A stretch of DNA of 57,185 bases, filler included, from Streblomastix strix (GCA_008636045.1; 3 parts of 3 records of this genome joined end to end with filler, not necessarily neighbours in it); one strand, 5' to 3'; positions 1-13,900 are shown, counted from the first letter of the whole stretch. The notes: generated by a model not told the origin, from the letters alone. Translations and numbers: made by a program.

Positions 1-3000
1 GTTGTCTTATTATTCGTGTATTGGAATTGATTAAGATTTATCAGAATATTTTGAAAAACGAATAGAAAATGGATTTTAAATGTTGTTATCCATATGAGAT
101 TAATCTATTTATATTTCACTATCTTTTTGCTTTTCATTAAATTTATCAGTTATTTATAATGGCTAAAGAACATTTGCAGATAATTTCATTTCTTTATTAT
201 TTTTATTCATCAATTTGATTTGATTATTTAAATCTTAATTATTGTTTTTACCATATTATTCTTCATCATCAAATAATTCTTATTTTTAATCATATTCTGA
301 GAGTGATTATGTTTTAATTAAATGTTTTTATTTAATGTTATTAGTAGATTAATTAACATCTTTATTACTACGGCTTCTTTTTATGAACAATCCTTCACTA
401 ACCTGCATATCAATATCTTATCCATTAAATTCATCAGTTAATTATCTAATTTATCTTTTATCACTTTTTTATGAATCAACTGATAAATTCCACTGTTTTA
501 TTTCTTCTGATAATTATTACTCAATTGGAGTTGTAGGAATTGATTCAAGTTCTTACATTGATTATTATAATAGTACCCGTGGTTAATTGTTGATCTTCAG
601 ATTGGCTATGAGTGTCTTATGTGTACGAGTCTATCCATGTTAGTTGTGAACTACTTCTGTTATTGGGAGAATTTTAGATTCAAGCAATTATGGACTTAGT
701 TATCTTTCAATCGGTTGATTGTCAGATGATGGAATAATTTATGGACTGTTTATAAGAGATTATTCTTTATTTGATTGAATTTATGGGGAATAAATAAATT
801 ATTATTATTATGAATGAACATCTAATATTGAAGGTGAATATAAATTAAGCTGTAGATCTAATTCATAATTATTTTTCATTATTTAAGCTTTATTATTTAA
901 TTATGAAAATTAAAATTATTGTTATTCATTAACTGGAGGACTTATACATTCACTCAATACATCAATACTACTCATTATATCCAATGTTTCTATTTATTCA
1001 CTCTCTCGACTCCCACCAACTTATCCAATAAATTAATCCCAATTAATTTTAATGGTCTAATTATTATCTTTCTGCTTCATTTCATCAATAAATTATTCAA
1101 TATAATTATTACGACTTTCTTATTGAGTTCCTTCAATTTGTTATTATAACTCATTTGTGCTTTGATTTGTATTTTAATCCACATCAACAAGAGAATCAAT
1201 TATAGTTTGCAATTCCTGAATAGTGTTTGTTCATGTCTCAACATCAAGGAGATTGAAACATGAAGTGTTTCGTGAAAGATATTTGGATTATGATTCATTC
1301 TAATTGTTTAAATTACTTTATGAAGCTAATTTAGTAGGAGTATATAAAGGAGATAATGTAACTTGTCTGGAAGTGCTTTGATCGGATAATTCATTGTTAT
1401 GATGATATGATTTAACAGCGTGAATATGAGATTAATTATTTGCAATATTAATTGAACTATTGTTTTATTATGATTATTATTCTTCCAATTAATAAATCTT
1501 ATCATTCTTCTTCTATAATCGTCGGAGTATATTCAGCGAGTTCAGTTTAATCTTCATCTGGTGATGAGAAAGAACTTATTCTTTTTATTCGTTAATTTCC
1601 TTGTCTAATTATACAGTCTTTTCTTTATAATCATCATCATTTTCTAACTATGCTCTTATTTTTTCATTTTCTAATTATTTTATTTTACTATCAATTTATT
1701 TGGCTTACTTAGTATGATTCTTTATTATCTTATTTCTTTCGTTATTCATTTCTTCTTCCCATTCAAATGGAGCATTCAAATCAATTTCATTTTCAGAAGC
1801 TGCTTATTTTAATAAGGAAATGAGATATGCATAATCTGGATCAGTTGTATAATCAAGTGATAAAATGTATGATTCAAATTCAAGGAATTGTTTGGGAAGC
1901 CATTTAAGAAGCTTGCGACCATGATAATGCTACTTTAATTTTTATATTTTTTCCTAATTTAATAAAAATTGAATAACAAATAAATAATGGATAAATGGAT
2001 TTTTATAAAAAAAATAATTAAATATAAAAAAAAATTAAAAATATTAAATATTAATGAAATCAATGTATATACAAACTGTTTCATCAATATCCGACCAAGG
2101 AAGTGTTCCATTATGAAACTCAACAAGAATATACAATAAACTCATCAGATCATCATTTCTTCCGAGTTCAACAAGTTTATGCGAATTTAATGAAGCATAC
2201 ATTAATGATCCTCTGAAATTAGTTTTATTTGTTGGCTATTAAATAGAATAAAAAATAATATTAATATTTAATATAAATAAAGGGATGTAAAATATATTTA
2301 ATATATATAGGGATGTAAAATATATTTAATATATATAGGGATGTAAAATATATTTAATATATATAGGGATGTAAAATATATTTAATATATATAGGGATGT
2401 AAAATATATTTAATATATATAGGGATGTAAAATATATTTANNNNNNNNNNTGTAAAATATATTTAATATATATAGGGATGTAAAATATATTTAATATATA
2501 TAGGGATGTAAAATATATTTAATATATATAGGGATGTAAAATATATTTAATATATATAGGGATGTAAAATATATTTACCTTAGTAATTATGCCATCTACT
2601 TTATGGATCTTCTTACAAAGTTCAAAATCAACAAGTTTTAATATTCCAGAAGTATTCGATGAGTTTCCAATCAAGAAGTTGCCCTACAATTCAAATTTAT
2701 ATATTCATAATTTAATTATTGATTTAAATGAAAGTTGAAAACATACAGGTTTGATATCTCGATGAACAAATCCTTTGCTATGAACAACTTGAAGGGTTTC
2801 AATTGCTTATATACCAAACTTCAGTACAGAATGAAGACTAAATTTATATAGATTCTTATAGTTTACCAAATCTCTGAGCAGAAATAATAATTGATAAGAA
2901 CAATTTAATTAATAATCATAATTATACATTAAATTTGGCCCCATCAGTTCCATGGCAAGGAATTTATAGTTCAAGTGAATGCCATAGCGATAGAATTAAG

Positions 3001-3282
3001 GAATATGTCTCGAATCATCTATAAAAATATCATTAATAAAGTAAATAATATGAAAATATAGCGTATTAATTAAAATAGGGCACCTAAAATTTTCAGAATT
3101 GCAGCTTCGATACAAACAGCAGTCTGTTCTCCAGTATCTAGTTCAAATTTTATAGCTACTTGTTTCATAGATGTATCAAGTGCACAGAAAATCATCCTAT
3201 CACTATCCTACGCAATGCATCTAATTATTTTGTAGTAATCTTTAATTACATCTCCAACTTTAATAGGATTATCTTCTTCCAT
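1..3282 (-). CDS. Casein kinase 1 / tau-tubulin kinase (TTBK)-family protein kinase with long low-complexity C-terminal tail; 3' end runs off the window
   Basis: ATG at 3282. GT-AG introns at 3019-3083, 2874-2927, 2684-2746, 2236-2578 and 1954-2076 keep the frame. With TAR=Gln the protein reads VAIKFE...AMELMGPNL...GFVHRDIKPGNFLIG...LVDFELCK...FRGSLMYASLNSH...LGRNDDLMSLLY...LPW...LDYTTDPDY...PFEWE (CK1/TTBK motifs). The last exon is open to position 1 except for one TGA at 1231-1233. Confidence 0.9.
2281..2578. repeat. 26-28 bp minisatellite (GGGATGTAAAATATATTTAATATATATA)n inside kinase intron 4
   Basis: About 10 near-identical tandem copies are visible, interrupted by a 10-N gap at 2441-2450. 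The terminal copy abuts the 5' splice site. Confidence 0.95.
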
Positions 3283-3769
3283 ATCTCTAGAGAGAAAAAG
3301 ATTTAAAAATAAAAATTAAAAATAAAAATTCGGTTTTTATATCAAACTATTGAAAGTATATTTAAGTTTGACTATTAAATAATATACTAATAAAATTTAA
3401 ATAGGAAAAAATATTTTTTATGTGTGCTATATTATAATTTAGTAAGAAATTCAATTGCAAATTATATTTATGAATTCAAAAGAATTTGAAAAAGAATTAA
3501 TTATATTTATTATTTTAAATAAAATTAAAACTAATTATTGTTTGAAAATATATTAAATTATTTAACTATCAAGCAGTGGAAACTGCAAAAATTAAGTTTG
3601 AAAAATTGAAAATAATAGGAAAAATTTTCTCAGTTCGTAAGATTTAATAGTATGTTTGTACAAAGCAAGAGTGATTTATAATTGAATATATATTAATTGA
3701 AAGGAAAACAACATTGAAATTGACTATCTTAATGAACTGAATGATAAGAATTTTATAATCAAATCTAAA

Positions 3770-3923
3770 TCACTTTTTCTTTGATTCTGAGAACAGTCGA
3801 GCGATATCAGAAGCAAATTCGGTTGCTTTGACTATTGAATTGATAGGTATAAACTCAGTATGGCTATGAAAATGCTCACCTCCAGCAAAAATGTTAGGAC
3901 ACAATAATCCTTTCTCAGTAAGT
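3770..3923 (-). CDS. pepT: Terminal exon of a peptidase T (M20 tripeptidase)-like gene; upstream exons not found in this contig
   Basis: After a CAG acceptor (AG at 3924-3925) it reads LTEKGLLCPNIFAGGEHFHSHTEFIPINSIVKATEFASDIARLFSESKKK-TGA. This matches the PepT C-terminal motif GLPCPNIFTGGxNFHxxxExI. Confidence 0.7.
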
Positions 3924-4576
3924 CTGTGAAATTAAAAAAAAATCATTAGGTAAAAATCTGATCTATCTGCAAAGTCCTATTAAATATGTACCATGGGTCA
4001 TTTTGAGTTATTATTAAATTGTTGATCTGTGACCCAAATCTTATAGGTTTTTGAACTCCTTGATATATGTTAATTAGAAAGTTATCGAGAAACAAAAGGA
4101 TTTTTGTTTTTTGTGTAAAAATATAAGATTAAAGAATTATATTGTAATTGTTAAAAAATTATATTATTTTCAATGATAAATGTAAAATTATTAAATTTAA
4201 ATAATTTAAATGACACTTACGACTAAAAATAAAGACAACTTCCATAGGCTGATTTTTTATAATCTATTTTACTAATATCTAAATTTAAATTTGCATAATT
4301 AACATTATTTCTTTAATTTTTCAGCAAATATAAGGCCAATATTATGACAATTAACGAAATTTATTACTTCGCTAATTCGAAATTATTTAATGTAAAATTA
4401 ATAGTGAAAATAAATAATGTAAAAGAAAATAAACACTTAAACAAGATTATTGAAAGAACATGATTGAGAGTGATTAATGTATGTGAATATTGAAGTATAT
4501 TAGTGATATACGTTAATAAATGATATTCTTGAAGTGAATGTCACACTCCTTTTTCACATAACTACTGATGATATTG

Positions 4577-4630
4577 AAAGAACGTTAATGAAAACGTTAA
4601 TGAAAACGATGATGAAAACGTAAATGAAAA
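4577..4630. repeat. 12-bp tandem repeat (GAAAACGTTAAT)n near the presumed left edge of the Polinton-like element
   Basis: 4-5 degenerate copies: gaaaacgttaat gaaaacgatgat gaaaacgtaaat. Confidence 0.6.
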
Positions 4631-5528
4631 GCATTATTTTGAGAACGAGAAATTGATACGGCTAGTGATTGACAATTGACTGCACAGGGTGCTTAGACAT
4701 TGATAGCGTTTTTAACTCATTTAAGAAATTAGCTGCCAATATGTCAATGTGCCGAATTGATAAGAATCACTGAAATATTTCTCATTGCTAAAATCAAAAA
4801 TAAAGTCGATTGGCAGCTCCAACGATGATTGAGTCATTAGCGTCTTCGTTGATGTCTTTTTTATTATCATAATTTTAATCAATTCATTTATTGTTATCAA
4901 ATCATTAAAATTTACTGTAATTTTATTTAATCTTTTCATTATCAATAATTGCATATCATTGAATTTTGAAACATAATTTGTTTAATTTTATTTGTATTTG
5001 ATTCATGCAATTTTGCGTTGCTCTCTTGCTGCAATTGTTGCCTGTTCTTTATCGGTATATTTCTTTGGACGATCTTATTATGTTGAATTAAATGAATATA
5101 TTTGTGATGATTCGGTTTATGTTGTTTCATTGATTGTCTCAATAGCTGTCATTTATTATGCGATAAAAAATTAAAAAATATATAAATAAATTTTTATATT
5201 TATTTCATCTAAATAAAAACTCTCTTGCATAATATTCTGAAATAGAATCTTTATTTTCACTTACGCATTTATAATAATACGAAGGTATTTTATTATATTT
5301 ATTTTATAAGAATGATTCTATAATCGGTATAAAAAACATTACGATTTATATATCGAATAAATTCTGCTAATTAATTAAAATTTTTTCTTTATTTCATAAA
5401 TTTTTATTATGCTTTTTAGAAACCAAGATATATTAGAATTGTGTTACCAGCCTAAACTGATAATATGCCCTATTATTGTTATCTTGCTAATTATCGCTCT
5501 AATTTCTTCGTTTATGAACGTATATATT

Positions 5529-8500
5529 CAGCGGTTCGTTTAACAAAAAAAGTTGTGCGTAAATAAAAAAAACTGTGCGTAAAATGTGAAATTATTCAGC
5601 GTAGATATTTTAATTTCAATCATTTACAAAGTCACTTAAGTTTTCGATTTGATATATAAAATCTTCAAATTCAATTTCTTCTTCTTCGTCATCGGGACCA
5701 GAACCTTCAACTTGTAGCTTTATTTGAGGGATTCTTCTTTATGTCAACTTCCATTCATTGAATACTAATTGTATGAATTCTGATGATGGTTCAATTAAGC
5801 CATTAATACTAATGTTCATTAATGACTATAATGAAGATTATAACAGCCTATTTCTATTGTTTGATTTCACATTCTTTAACTATGAAAACCCTCGTTCTTG
5901 TGGTGCATTTGAAAGTGGCATAGTAAGTGCATATTTTGCAATAGATCTAATTATTGGTACATTCTCAAATGCTTTTTCATCCTTGCATAATCTCTGACAC
6001 ACAAATCTTTATGATTTATCTTTGAAATTCTTTAAAAGATTGTTTCTTGCTAGTCTCCATTATTTCAATGCATCAAAGAAGAATTTTTCTTTTTCCTATT
6101 ATAGGTTATTTTATGTTTCTTTTTATTCAGATTATTACTATTTTATATCATTAGGATGCATTTTTTCATTTATTTAAATTTATTGTTTCAGAATTCTTTT
6201 GTTTTCATTAACTTTTCTTCTAAACAGATTCCATTTTTTATTCAGAATGTTTATAAGGTACTATTCGCCATATCCTTCAAGTTCATCTTCAGTTTATGGA
6301 GCACAATTTGGATTAAATATTGAGAGTGAAGTGATTATATCATTTTCTTTGAATCTTTCTTTAATAGAGTCAATTGTTAATTATATATATGTTTATTGAG
6401 ACTTTGTTATTGATTTTTTGTCATCTTCATTCAATACACCAGTTTCAGTCTCATAAAGATGCCAATTTGATTGTATCTATGACTCAATTATATTATTATC
6501 TTTGATTCTTTTGAGAGATTATGTACAGTTGAGAATTATTGGCTCAAGTTGATCAAAAGAAAAGTTTTATTTCTACATGTTCTTTGATGTTTCTGATAAT
6601 TACTCAAGAACTGGATCCAGAATATATAGTGAGAATATGAATTTCTTCTTCGTCGTTAAATTTCGCAGTCCAATTGCTGTGGCATTTCTGTTATTAATTA
6701 AAATTTATAAAGTTTTCCAAATGGATGTAAGTTCCAATTTGGTAGCTCTTATCGATGCGAAACACGAGAGCCAACGAGTATGGCATAAATTTTTCAGCTT
6801 TATTTATTCAGTTTATTCTCTAGTGCGGGTTTCAGCTAATAGTGCTGCATTCTTTGGAGATGTGAAAAAAAATGCCAAAGCTTTAAACACGTATTTTCTG
6901 CATATTTTAGTTCAATTACGTCCTCATCATTGATTGAATCTTCAGATGCAAGATTGAAGCGATGAGCAACACAGTGTGTAGGTTCAACTTCAGGAAAATC
7001 AATTTTAATTCTAGTAACTGACCCTGTTTTGATTCCTACCATTGATGCAGCTCTGTCAACGTACATTCCAGCAAGAAATGTTAAATTAAGTTCATAATTT
7101 TAAGCCATTCCTACAAAGGTTTAATGCAGATTCAATGCTGTTTATCCACCAGATCCAAGTGGTCTAATGTCAAGGAATAAGGTTATTATTTCCCCATTTT
7201 CTATGAATCTTACATATGTAATAAATTGACTCATATTAGAAACATCGGTTGATTCATCTACCATAGCTCCCCAAAATATTGAACGTTTGATTCGCTATAT
7301 GACACTTCTAGTAATAATATTTGAGATAATTTGAAGAAACGCGCTTATACTTGTATTTGATACATGGCCAAATTTCTGTAATAGCTCATGACCTCCTAAA
7401 GATATTATCATAGCATGGAGAGATGGAATTTTCTTGTTTGCCACCTGTTATTTAGCATGACAATAAATAATCTTTATAAGTTATTTTGCTGCGCTTTCAA
7501 CTTCTATCTCATTTAGTCCAAGTGGTTTCATTGTTTTGGTACCTAGACATCTTAAATGAGTTTTCGATCCAAGATGGCGAGTTATATCAGATAATTACTT
7601 TGGAAATGCATCTTTTAGAACAAATGGTTGCATGCCTTTAACTGCTTCATTTCTTTTATTGTTACATATTTTGCATCGAATTCCTCCGCTATCTCCAATA
7701 ATAAACAATTGCTGATGTTATGAATCAAGATTTTTCTTATCTTTTATCCATTAAGGGTATTTTCTTTTTGTTTCAATGTCAATTGTTTCCGCAACATCAT
7801 CACCTGAAGCTTCATCAGAATTCTACTCAGAATCGTCATTCATTTCTAATCTGGATCGTTTATATTTTTGAGTTAAGAGCTCATTATCATTTCCTTCTTT
7901 GATTTTTTGCATTTTGTGGAATCTAAATTTAATGTTAGTTATACTAAATTAAAAATAAATTACTATTTTGATTTATTTATATAAAAATATTTACATAATC
8001 TATACATAAATTTAAATAACATAATTTAATATATAGAAATTTAGTTATTGATGAAATAAAATGAATTTAAAATATTATAAATTACGAAAATAGATTTTTA
8101 AAGTCCCAATTGAAATTATTGTGACATATGCATGTAATGAAAATAGAAACTAAATATTTAAATATTATAATATTTGATTTAATGAAAACCTTCAACATTT
8201 TAGCGATATAATTAAATTAATAATAGCATTCGAAAAAAAAGCATGAGTTCAAAAGTTAATTCCAAATTATTTATATTAAATCAAACAATAATTTCAAATT
8301 TTAAAGTTTTATCTATAATTGCAAAATATTGGTACTGTTTATAACCACTAATTCAGCGTTTATTAAACCGTTTTTACATGAAAAATATTCTCGCATTTAT
8401 TTATTAATTAGCAAAAACTTGAAACATAATATTCTTCATTAATTAATTTTATAAAATATTTTTTATAGAGCAACATAAAATTCTTCGAAATGAACAAACA

Positions 8501-8963
8501 AATCTTTCATGGATAAATTGCATCTAAAACCAGTTTTTTATGTCTTATCAGAATTATTTCCATCTTGAAATATATGGATGATACAAAATATTAGTTTAAA
8601 ATATCATTAATATTAAAATAAACTTAATATCTATTTGTTTCAGAAAATTTATGTAATTTTTAGATATTTTTTTAAACAATACTAATAAATGCAAAAGATT
8701 ATGGCTTTGTGTATGATATAATCACTAATAATAATAATATTGTTTAAATCATCCAATTATATTATATAATAATTAAATTTTAATAATTATAATTAACATT
8801 TTTAATAGTAAAATTGCAATATTTTAATTCTTCTATTTCTCATTTTTTATTTCATATACATTACGCTTTTAGTATATCTTGAAATGTTCAGCGTAACTTG
8901 TGCGTAAATTGGCTAAAAGTTCAGCGTTGATTACGCTCACTTTTGACCTTAAACGAATCGCTG
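5529..8963 (-). mobile_element. Complete hAT-superfamily DNA transposon (~3.4 kb)
   Basis: 15-bp TIRs CAGCGGTTCGTTTAA (5529-5543) and TTAAACGAATCGCTG (8949-8963), one mismatch. 8-bp TSD TATATATT (5521-5528, 8964-8971). Subterminal TGTGCGTAAA and TTCAGCGT motifs at both ends. Confidence 0.95.
5616..7912 (-). CDS. hAT transposase (ZNF862/ZMYM1-like) with one frameshift in an A8 run at ~6865-6872
   Basis: ATG at 7912. Motifs: CKIC...RHLGSKTH zinc finger, AMVDESTDVS, YVDRAASMVG, HCVAHRFNLA, TRWLS and C-terminal dimerisation region PLSNAPQERGFS. Ends at TGA 5616-5618. Confidence 0.88.
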
Positions 8964-10289
8964 TATATATTATCCTTCTAAATCTCTTGATAATTGAACT
9001 TAATAAGTAGTATATTTATTTTGAAACGAAAGATGTGGCGTATCGTCGTATATACTAACGACTATTAACATTTATTATTTCGATGAAAATTAATTATATT
9101 TATAGCCAAATGCATTCCTTATTGTACGAATAACTGAATAGACAACTCTATTGTGATTAATGAATTTTGAATCAGTGAAACAATTAATAATTTTAATTTT
9201 TAAGCAAAATAAAGCAAAATACGAACCACTAAATCATTTCTCTCCATCTCTACGAATATTATTTACGTAATAATCTTTAATTAATTTTTGCAATTATCCA
9301 ACTACTTATGCGGCTGATTTATCTATCAATTGTTATACTTCTAAATATTTTGTGTTAATGTTTATGCAAAATAGAAACAAATATGTATTTCTTCCCTTAC
9401 CTATCTCATTTATTATTTTATCTTTATCAAAGATAGTATAATCATATTCATCATTGTTTTCTTCTAAAGCTTAATATACAGAAAAGACTATTTCAATTTC
9501 CCAACTTCCTAAATTTGGAGAAAAATAAAGTCGTTGTAGTCTTTATAATGGTTTTAATTTGTAATTTTTCACTGGTAAATATTAATTGTTAGCATATTTT
9601 TAATTAATGATATTTTCAAACAATTTTAATTTTATTTTGAAAGTAAAATAGGACATTTATTCCTCATCACCACCTTAAACCGGTGCAGATGATTATTTGG
9701 ATGTTGAACATCTTTATCCAATTATTTATTTTTTTATTTATTCTTTTGTTTTGCAGGTTCAAATTACGAATAAACTGAAATATAATAATAATACCAGTCC
9801 GCTACTGTTTGTTTTCCAATAATTATTTCATCTGCTTTCTCTGCTATAGCATCAACATATTTTTTCTTTGCAATTTTAAAGATATTTTTATGAACTCTGA
9901 TAGACTCATTTTATAATGAACTTTATATATTTTATCATCGATATCTTATTACACTTCAAATTCATATTCATCTCTTTGATATTATTCACCTGCAAAAGTT
10001 CTAAGGGTATCTTCATACAATTTATTTTCGTTTTACATTTATTTCTTGCAAAAATAAAACAATTAAAGGATTTAATGGAGATATTAATGATTCAAATAAC
10101 GTTTCGACTATCTGGCAGAATGGCAGGCTGGCAGCAGTTTTTGATGAAAGTTTTTGACTCGGAACACTCGGAACACTCGGAACAGTCAAAAGTCATTCAA
10201 TACCTATTCCATTTATGCGTGTCAAAATAACGTTTTTCATTAGTGCCTATCATCAGTGCTCATAATTAATAATTATATAATTATTTGAA

Positions 10290-13200
10290 CTCAATTGTAA
10301 TCCGCAAAATACAAAAATGGAGCTCAACATTAATTTTCAAGAACTACCATTTTATTATGAATTGATGTTAAACCTACTTTATTTATTTATATTTCTGACA
10401 TTTATTTAGCTTTTTAACCAAGAATAATATTTTGAGCATATGTTGAATCACCATTTTATGATTATTAAAATGTTTCGTCGTTTGGATGAATAATTTATTA
10501 TTATATTTTTCCTTTCAAACAATAATTGTAATCTTTTTCATTTTCAATAGGTAAGGATTATAAATGTGTTGTTTTTTTGGAGCTAAGGCAATGCAAGCCG
10601 TTCCTTCTGCCACATAACTGACTCCCAATAGTTGTTTATATGAGCCGAAGAAAAGAGAATAAATTTTAACGAAAAATTTCTGGTTTTTTATTACGTATTT
10701 AAATTTATGTCTATAAGCCTCCTCAGCGCAGGAGTTGCCACTGATGGCCCATATCATTGAATCAGTTTCACTACAAATATAATGCATCTTGTTCATATTG
10801 AAAGTTTTGACCATAAAATTATAGATAAAATTGATATACCAATATTTACTATCATCTAACACGAAGTACGCGGAATAAAGGCAAGTGTTACAGGTGCAGC
10901 ATTCAGCGTTAAATTACATAACAAATTAATCATCTGTTAATTGTTAATCATTAATGAATTAACCTTAAAGATGAGATAACCATGTTCAATCAGAACTAAA
11001 AAATTTCATTTGCGAATATATTTTTTTATTCATCCCATCAATTCCATAGCTAGAATTCTTAGCTAATTTGTAGAACTATTATTTTCCATTATATTTATTA
11101 ATTGATTATATCCTTTGATTCATAAATTCCTTATCAAATATATTGAATCTATCGTGCTTCGAGAATGTTTTAGCACATTAAAAATCATCAAATTTGAAAT
11201 GAAAATCATCAAATAGAAGCCACAAACAATAATTATTGAACGACATGAACTACCTATGCGTCGAGGATAAATTTGTTAATTTTCGTTAAATTTTATCATG
11301 CTGCATATTATTTTCCAGCAGCAGATTAAACATGTATGGCCGTAACGTTTTTTAATCAGTCTTAATATTTATATTTCTTAATATAGGAAGAAAATTAATG
11401 AAATCATTTATATGTTATTCGTCGATGTGTCCTTTAACAACTACGATTAACAACGGCATCCCCTCAACATCATTAAATCGTAGGGGATAATAAATTAAAT
11501 TTCTTGCTGTTTATTTATCTGTAATTTTATCCAAACTTTAACCTGCCATGTATTAACGATTACACATATATTTGATGAACTTATGCGTCTCTGAGCTCAT
11601 AACGCTGAGATATTAACAATTGTTTTCAAATGATAAATGATGGGTCACTATGTGGTCGGTATCGCAAGTGATGACTTTTCCATCAATATATTTTAATTAA
11701 TTTATTTTTGTTTCACCTGCAACATTATGTCTATGCATCACTTACGATAATCCACCAGTGATACCAGAACATAAAATTTAATAAACCTCTTCATCGGTTA
11801 TAGTCATTGGTAAATTTTTACAATAGCAGAAATTTTTTAATTATATTACTAATCATGTTAAATTTTAATCCTTATTTGATTTAAATTTATTACAGAATAA
11901 GCAGCACGGTTTTACGTTATCTACAGAACAGCCCCTGTTGTTGTTGATTCTATCTAATGTTGGTGGATTTTTGCTTGTGAATCGTGACTTACAGATATGG
12001 CATCCTGTCAATAGGAATAATTTTCAATAGAACGCACAATATAATTGCTTGTTATTGTAGCTTATCCCTCTATTTCTTTTTTTATCCTATTACGGATTAT
12101 TTTAAACTTTAATGTTCAAATAATTTTATGTTAGTACGAATGAAACATAATCATCTTTTGGTGCATAATATTAATCCAATTTGAAGTCGCTATAAGCAAG
12201 GTCGTATTTGATAGAATTAGCACATGCGAACATCGACATAGACTGCAACATGTCAATTTTAAAATTAAAAAACATATTCATTAAATAATCCAACGGCAAA
12301 TTCATTAAGCGACAATCTTCAAGGTTGTAGTGTCGAATGTTATCTCACCTGATCGAAAATTACTAAACAATGGATAAATTACTTTAATGTTTCTTTTGAC
12401 TAATATTTTTATTTTTAATTGTCTTATTAAACGCATCAATCAGAAATGGCCGAGGATTATTTATTATTTCATTAGAATTATCGTAATTGATGAATTTATA
12501 TGGAAATTCTAACTTGTTTGGAATTGCTTACGTTGTTTTAGGCGTGAAATCTTTTATGAATTATTTTAATTTCATTCTCGTACAATAAATCATCGCATCA
12601 ATGAGCCGCAATTTGGTTCCTATTATTATATGTCTATCGATGATTTATTTAGCATTTGAACCACTACCAAGATATTAAATTTTTTGCCATTCAGCGCTTT
12701 ATAGATTTTTTAAGAATTAGAGCAACATCAAACTTTGAAGAATTGAAGCCACTAGCAGGAACCACGTAATGCTATGGTATTGTCTCATCTTCATACTTGT
12801 TTGAATCGATAACTTTTCTGGCTTCCTTGAACAACTATTTTATCCATACAATAATGATGTTAAAGGTTCATTTGTCAAAATAAAAAGAATAAATTTAATG
12901 AACTGAACCATTATCTTAATCATCAATTTTATTTGTTTTTAATTTTTATAGGTCTTGCAATCGAAAGGGATTTATGAATTGAGATTTATTTTAAATAATC
13001 ACCGAATTTTTCATTGACGATTCTTTCTATGGTTTCAATGTCATGTACTATATAATATTTGGTATATTTAAATTCATCCTCTCCACCATGTGCCAGTAGA
13101 TACTTATAGCTAACATTATTCAATATCTGAGGAACATTTTGCATTTGAAATCTTTCTATATATACTTTCTTTATTATCTTTCCTCCATTTTTTTACATAT

Positions 13201-13900
13201 TTATATGTGTCTTTTTAGCTTAGATTATAAATTTGAATCTCTGGTCTTATAAGCCTATACTCCACAGATAGGACAATATTTTAAACCAGTTAATGCCTCA
13301 ACATCATTTATATAAAAAACGTGAGCTGTTTATAATTCGTTGATTGTATCAGTTATTAAAAGAACATTAAAATCTTTAGTTTATTCGTTCTGTTCGTTTC
13401 TTCTGTATTACTTCCATAGATAATAACTACTCGAAGAGCCACCCGAAGAGCTGCCAGTTTCTGCCGTTGTTTCTTCATAAGCAAACACATTTATATTTAA
13501 ATTTTCGTTTTAAATAAATTTATCTGCTTCTGTTGCGAAATTAAACCCATTATAATTATCATCTATTTTCTTGCCATAGATTCTTCAAAATAATCGCATT
13601 TCTTCTGCAATACGTAAATGTTCCTTATAGCGCTTGGCCGCCACTGAACCCTCAGCCTTGGTGTCTGATATCGTAATAAATGAATATGCTAGAAAGAAAT
13701 ATAAACTTTACTTATTTCTTTCAAGGTCAATATATCTAATTTCTCGCCAAGCGATATGCTTCTTTAATGATGATATTGTTCGACCGCCCCCACCAGCGCC
13801 TGCATGCGGAAGTCTAATCACCTAAATCATTATTGAAAATATACCTACTATTTTTTCTTTAGTGTCCATGATGGTTTTCTCTTAAATTTGAATAATGTAG
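10290..13900 (-). pseudogene. Protein-primed family-B DNA polymerase (pPolB) relic
   Basis: Motif B KFYKLAKNSSYGIDGMN (~11030-11080), motif C-like SETDSMIW (~10750-10775), ALAPK, exonuclease-region GFNSSKFD (~12728-12752) and N-terminal EALTGLKYCPICG. Multiple frameshifts. Confidence 0.85.

Larger units (their letters stand above)
5330..9656 (-). pseudogene. rve-type integrase of the Polinton-like element, split by the hAT insertion
   Basis: Reads YFSPNLGSWEIEIVF...YLFLFCININTKYLEV...IRRDGEK*F...NHNRVVYSVIRTIRNAFG. The frame reads DLEGQYI|RS across the 8-bp TSD. Frameshifted. Confidence 0.6.
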
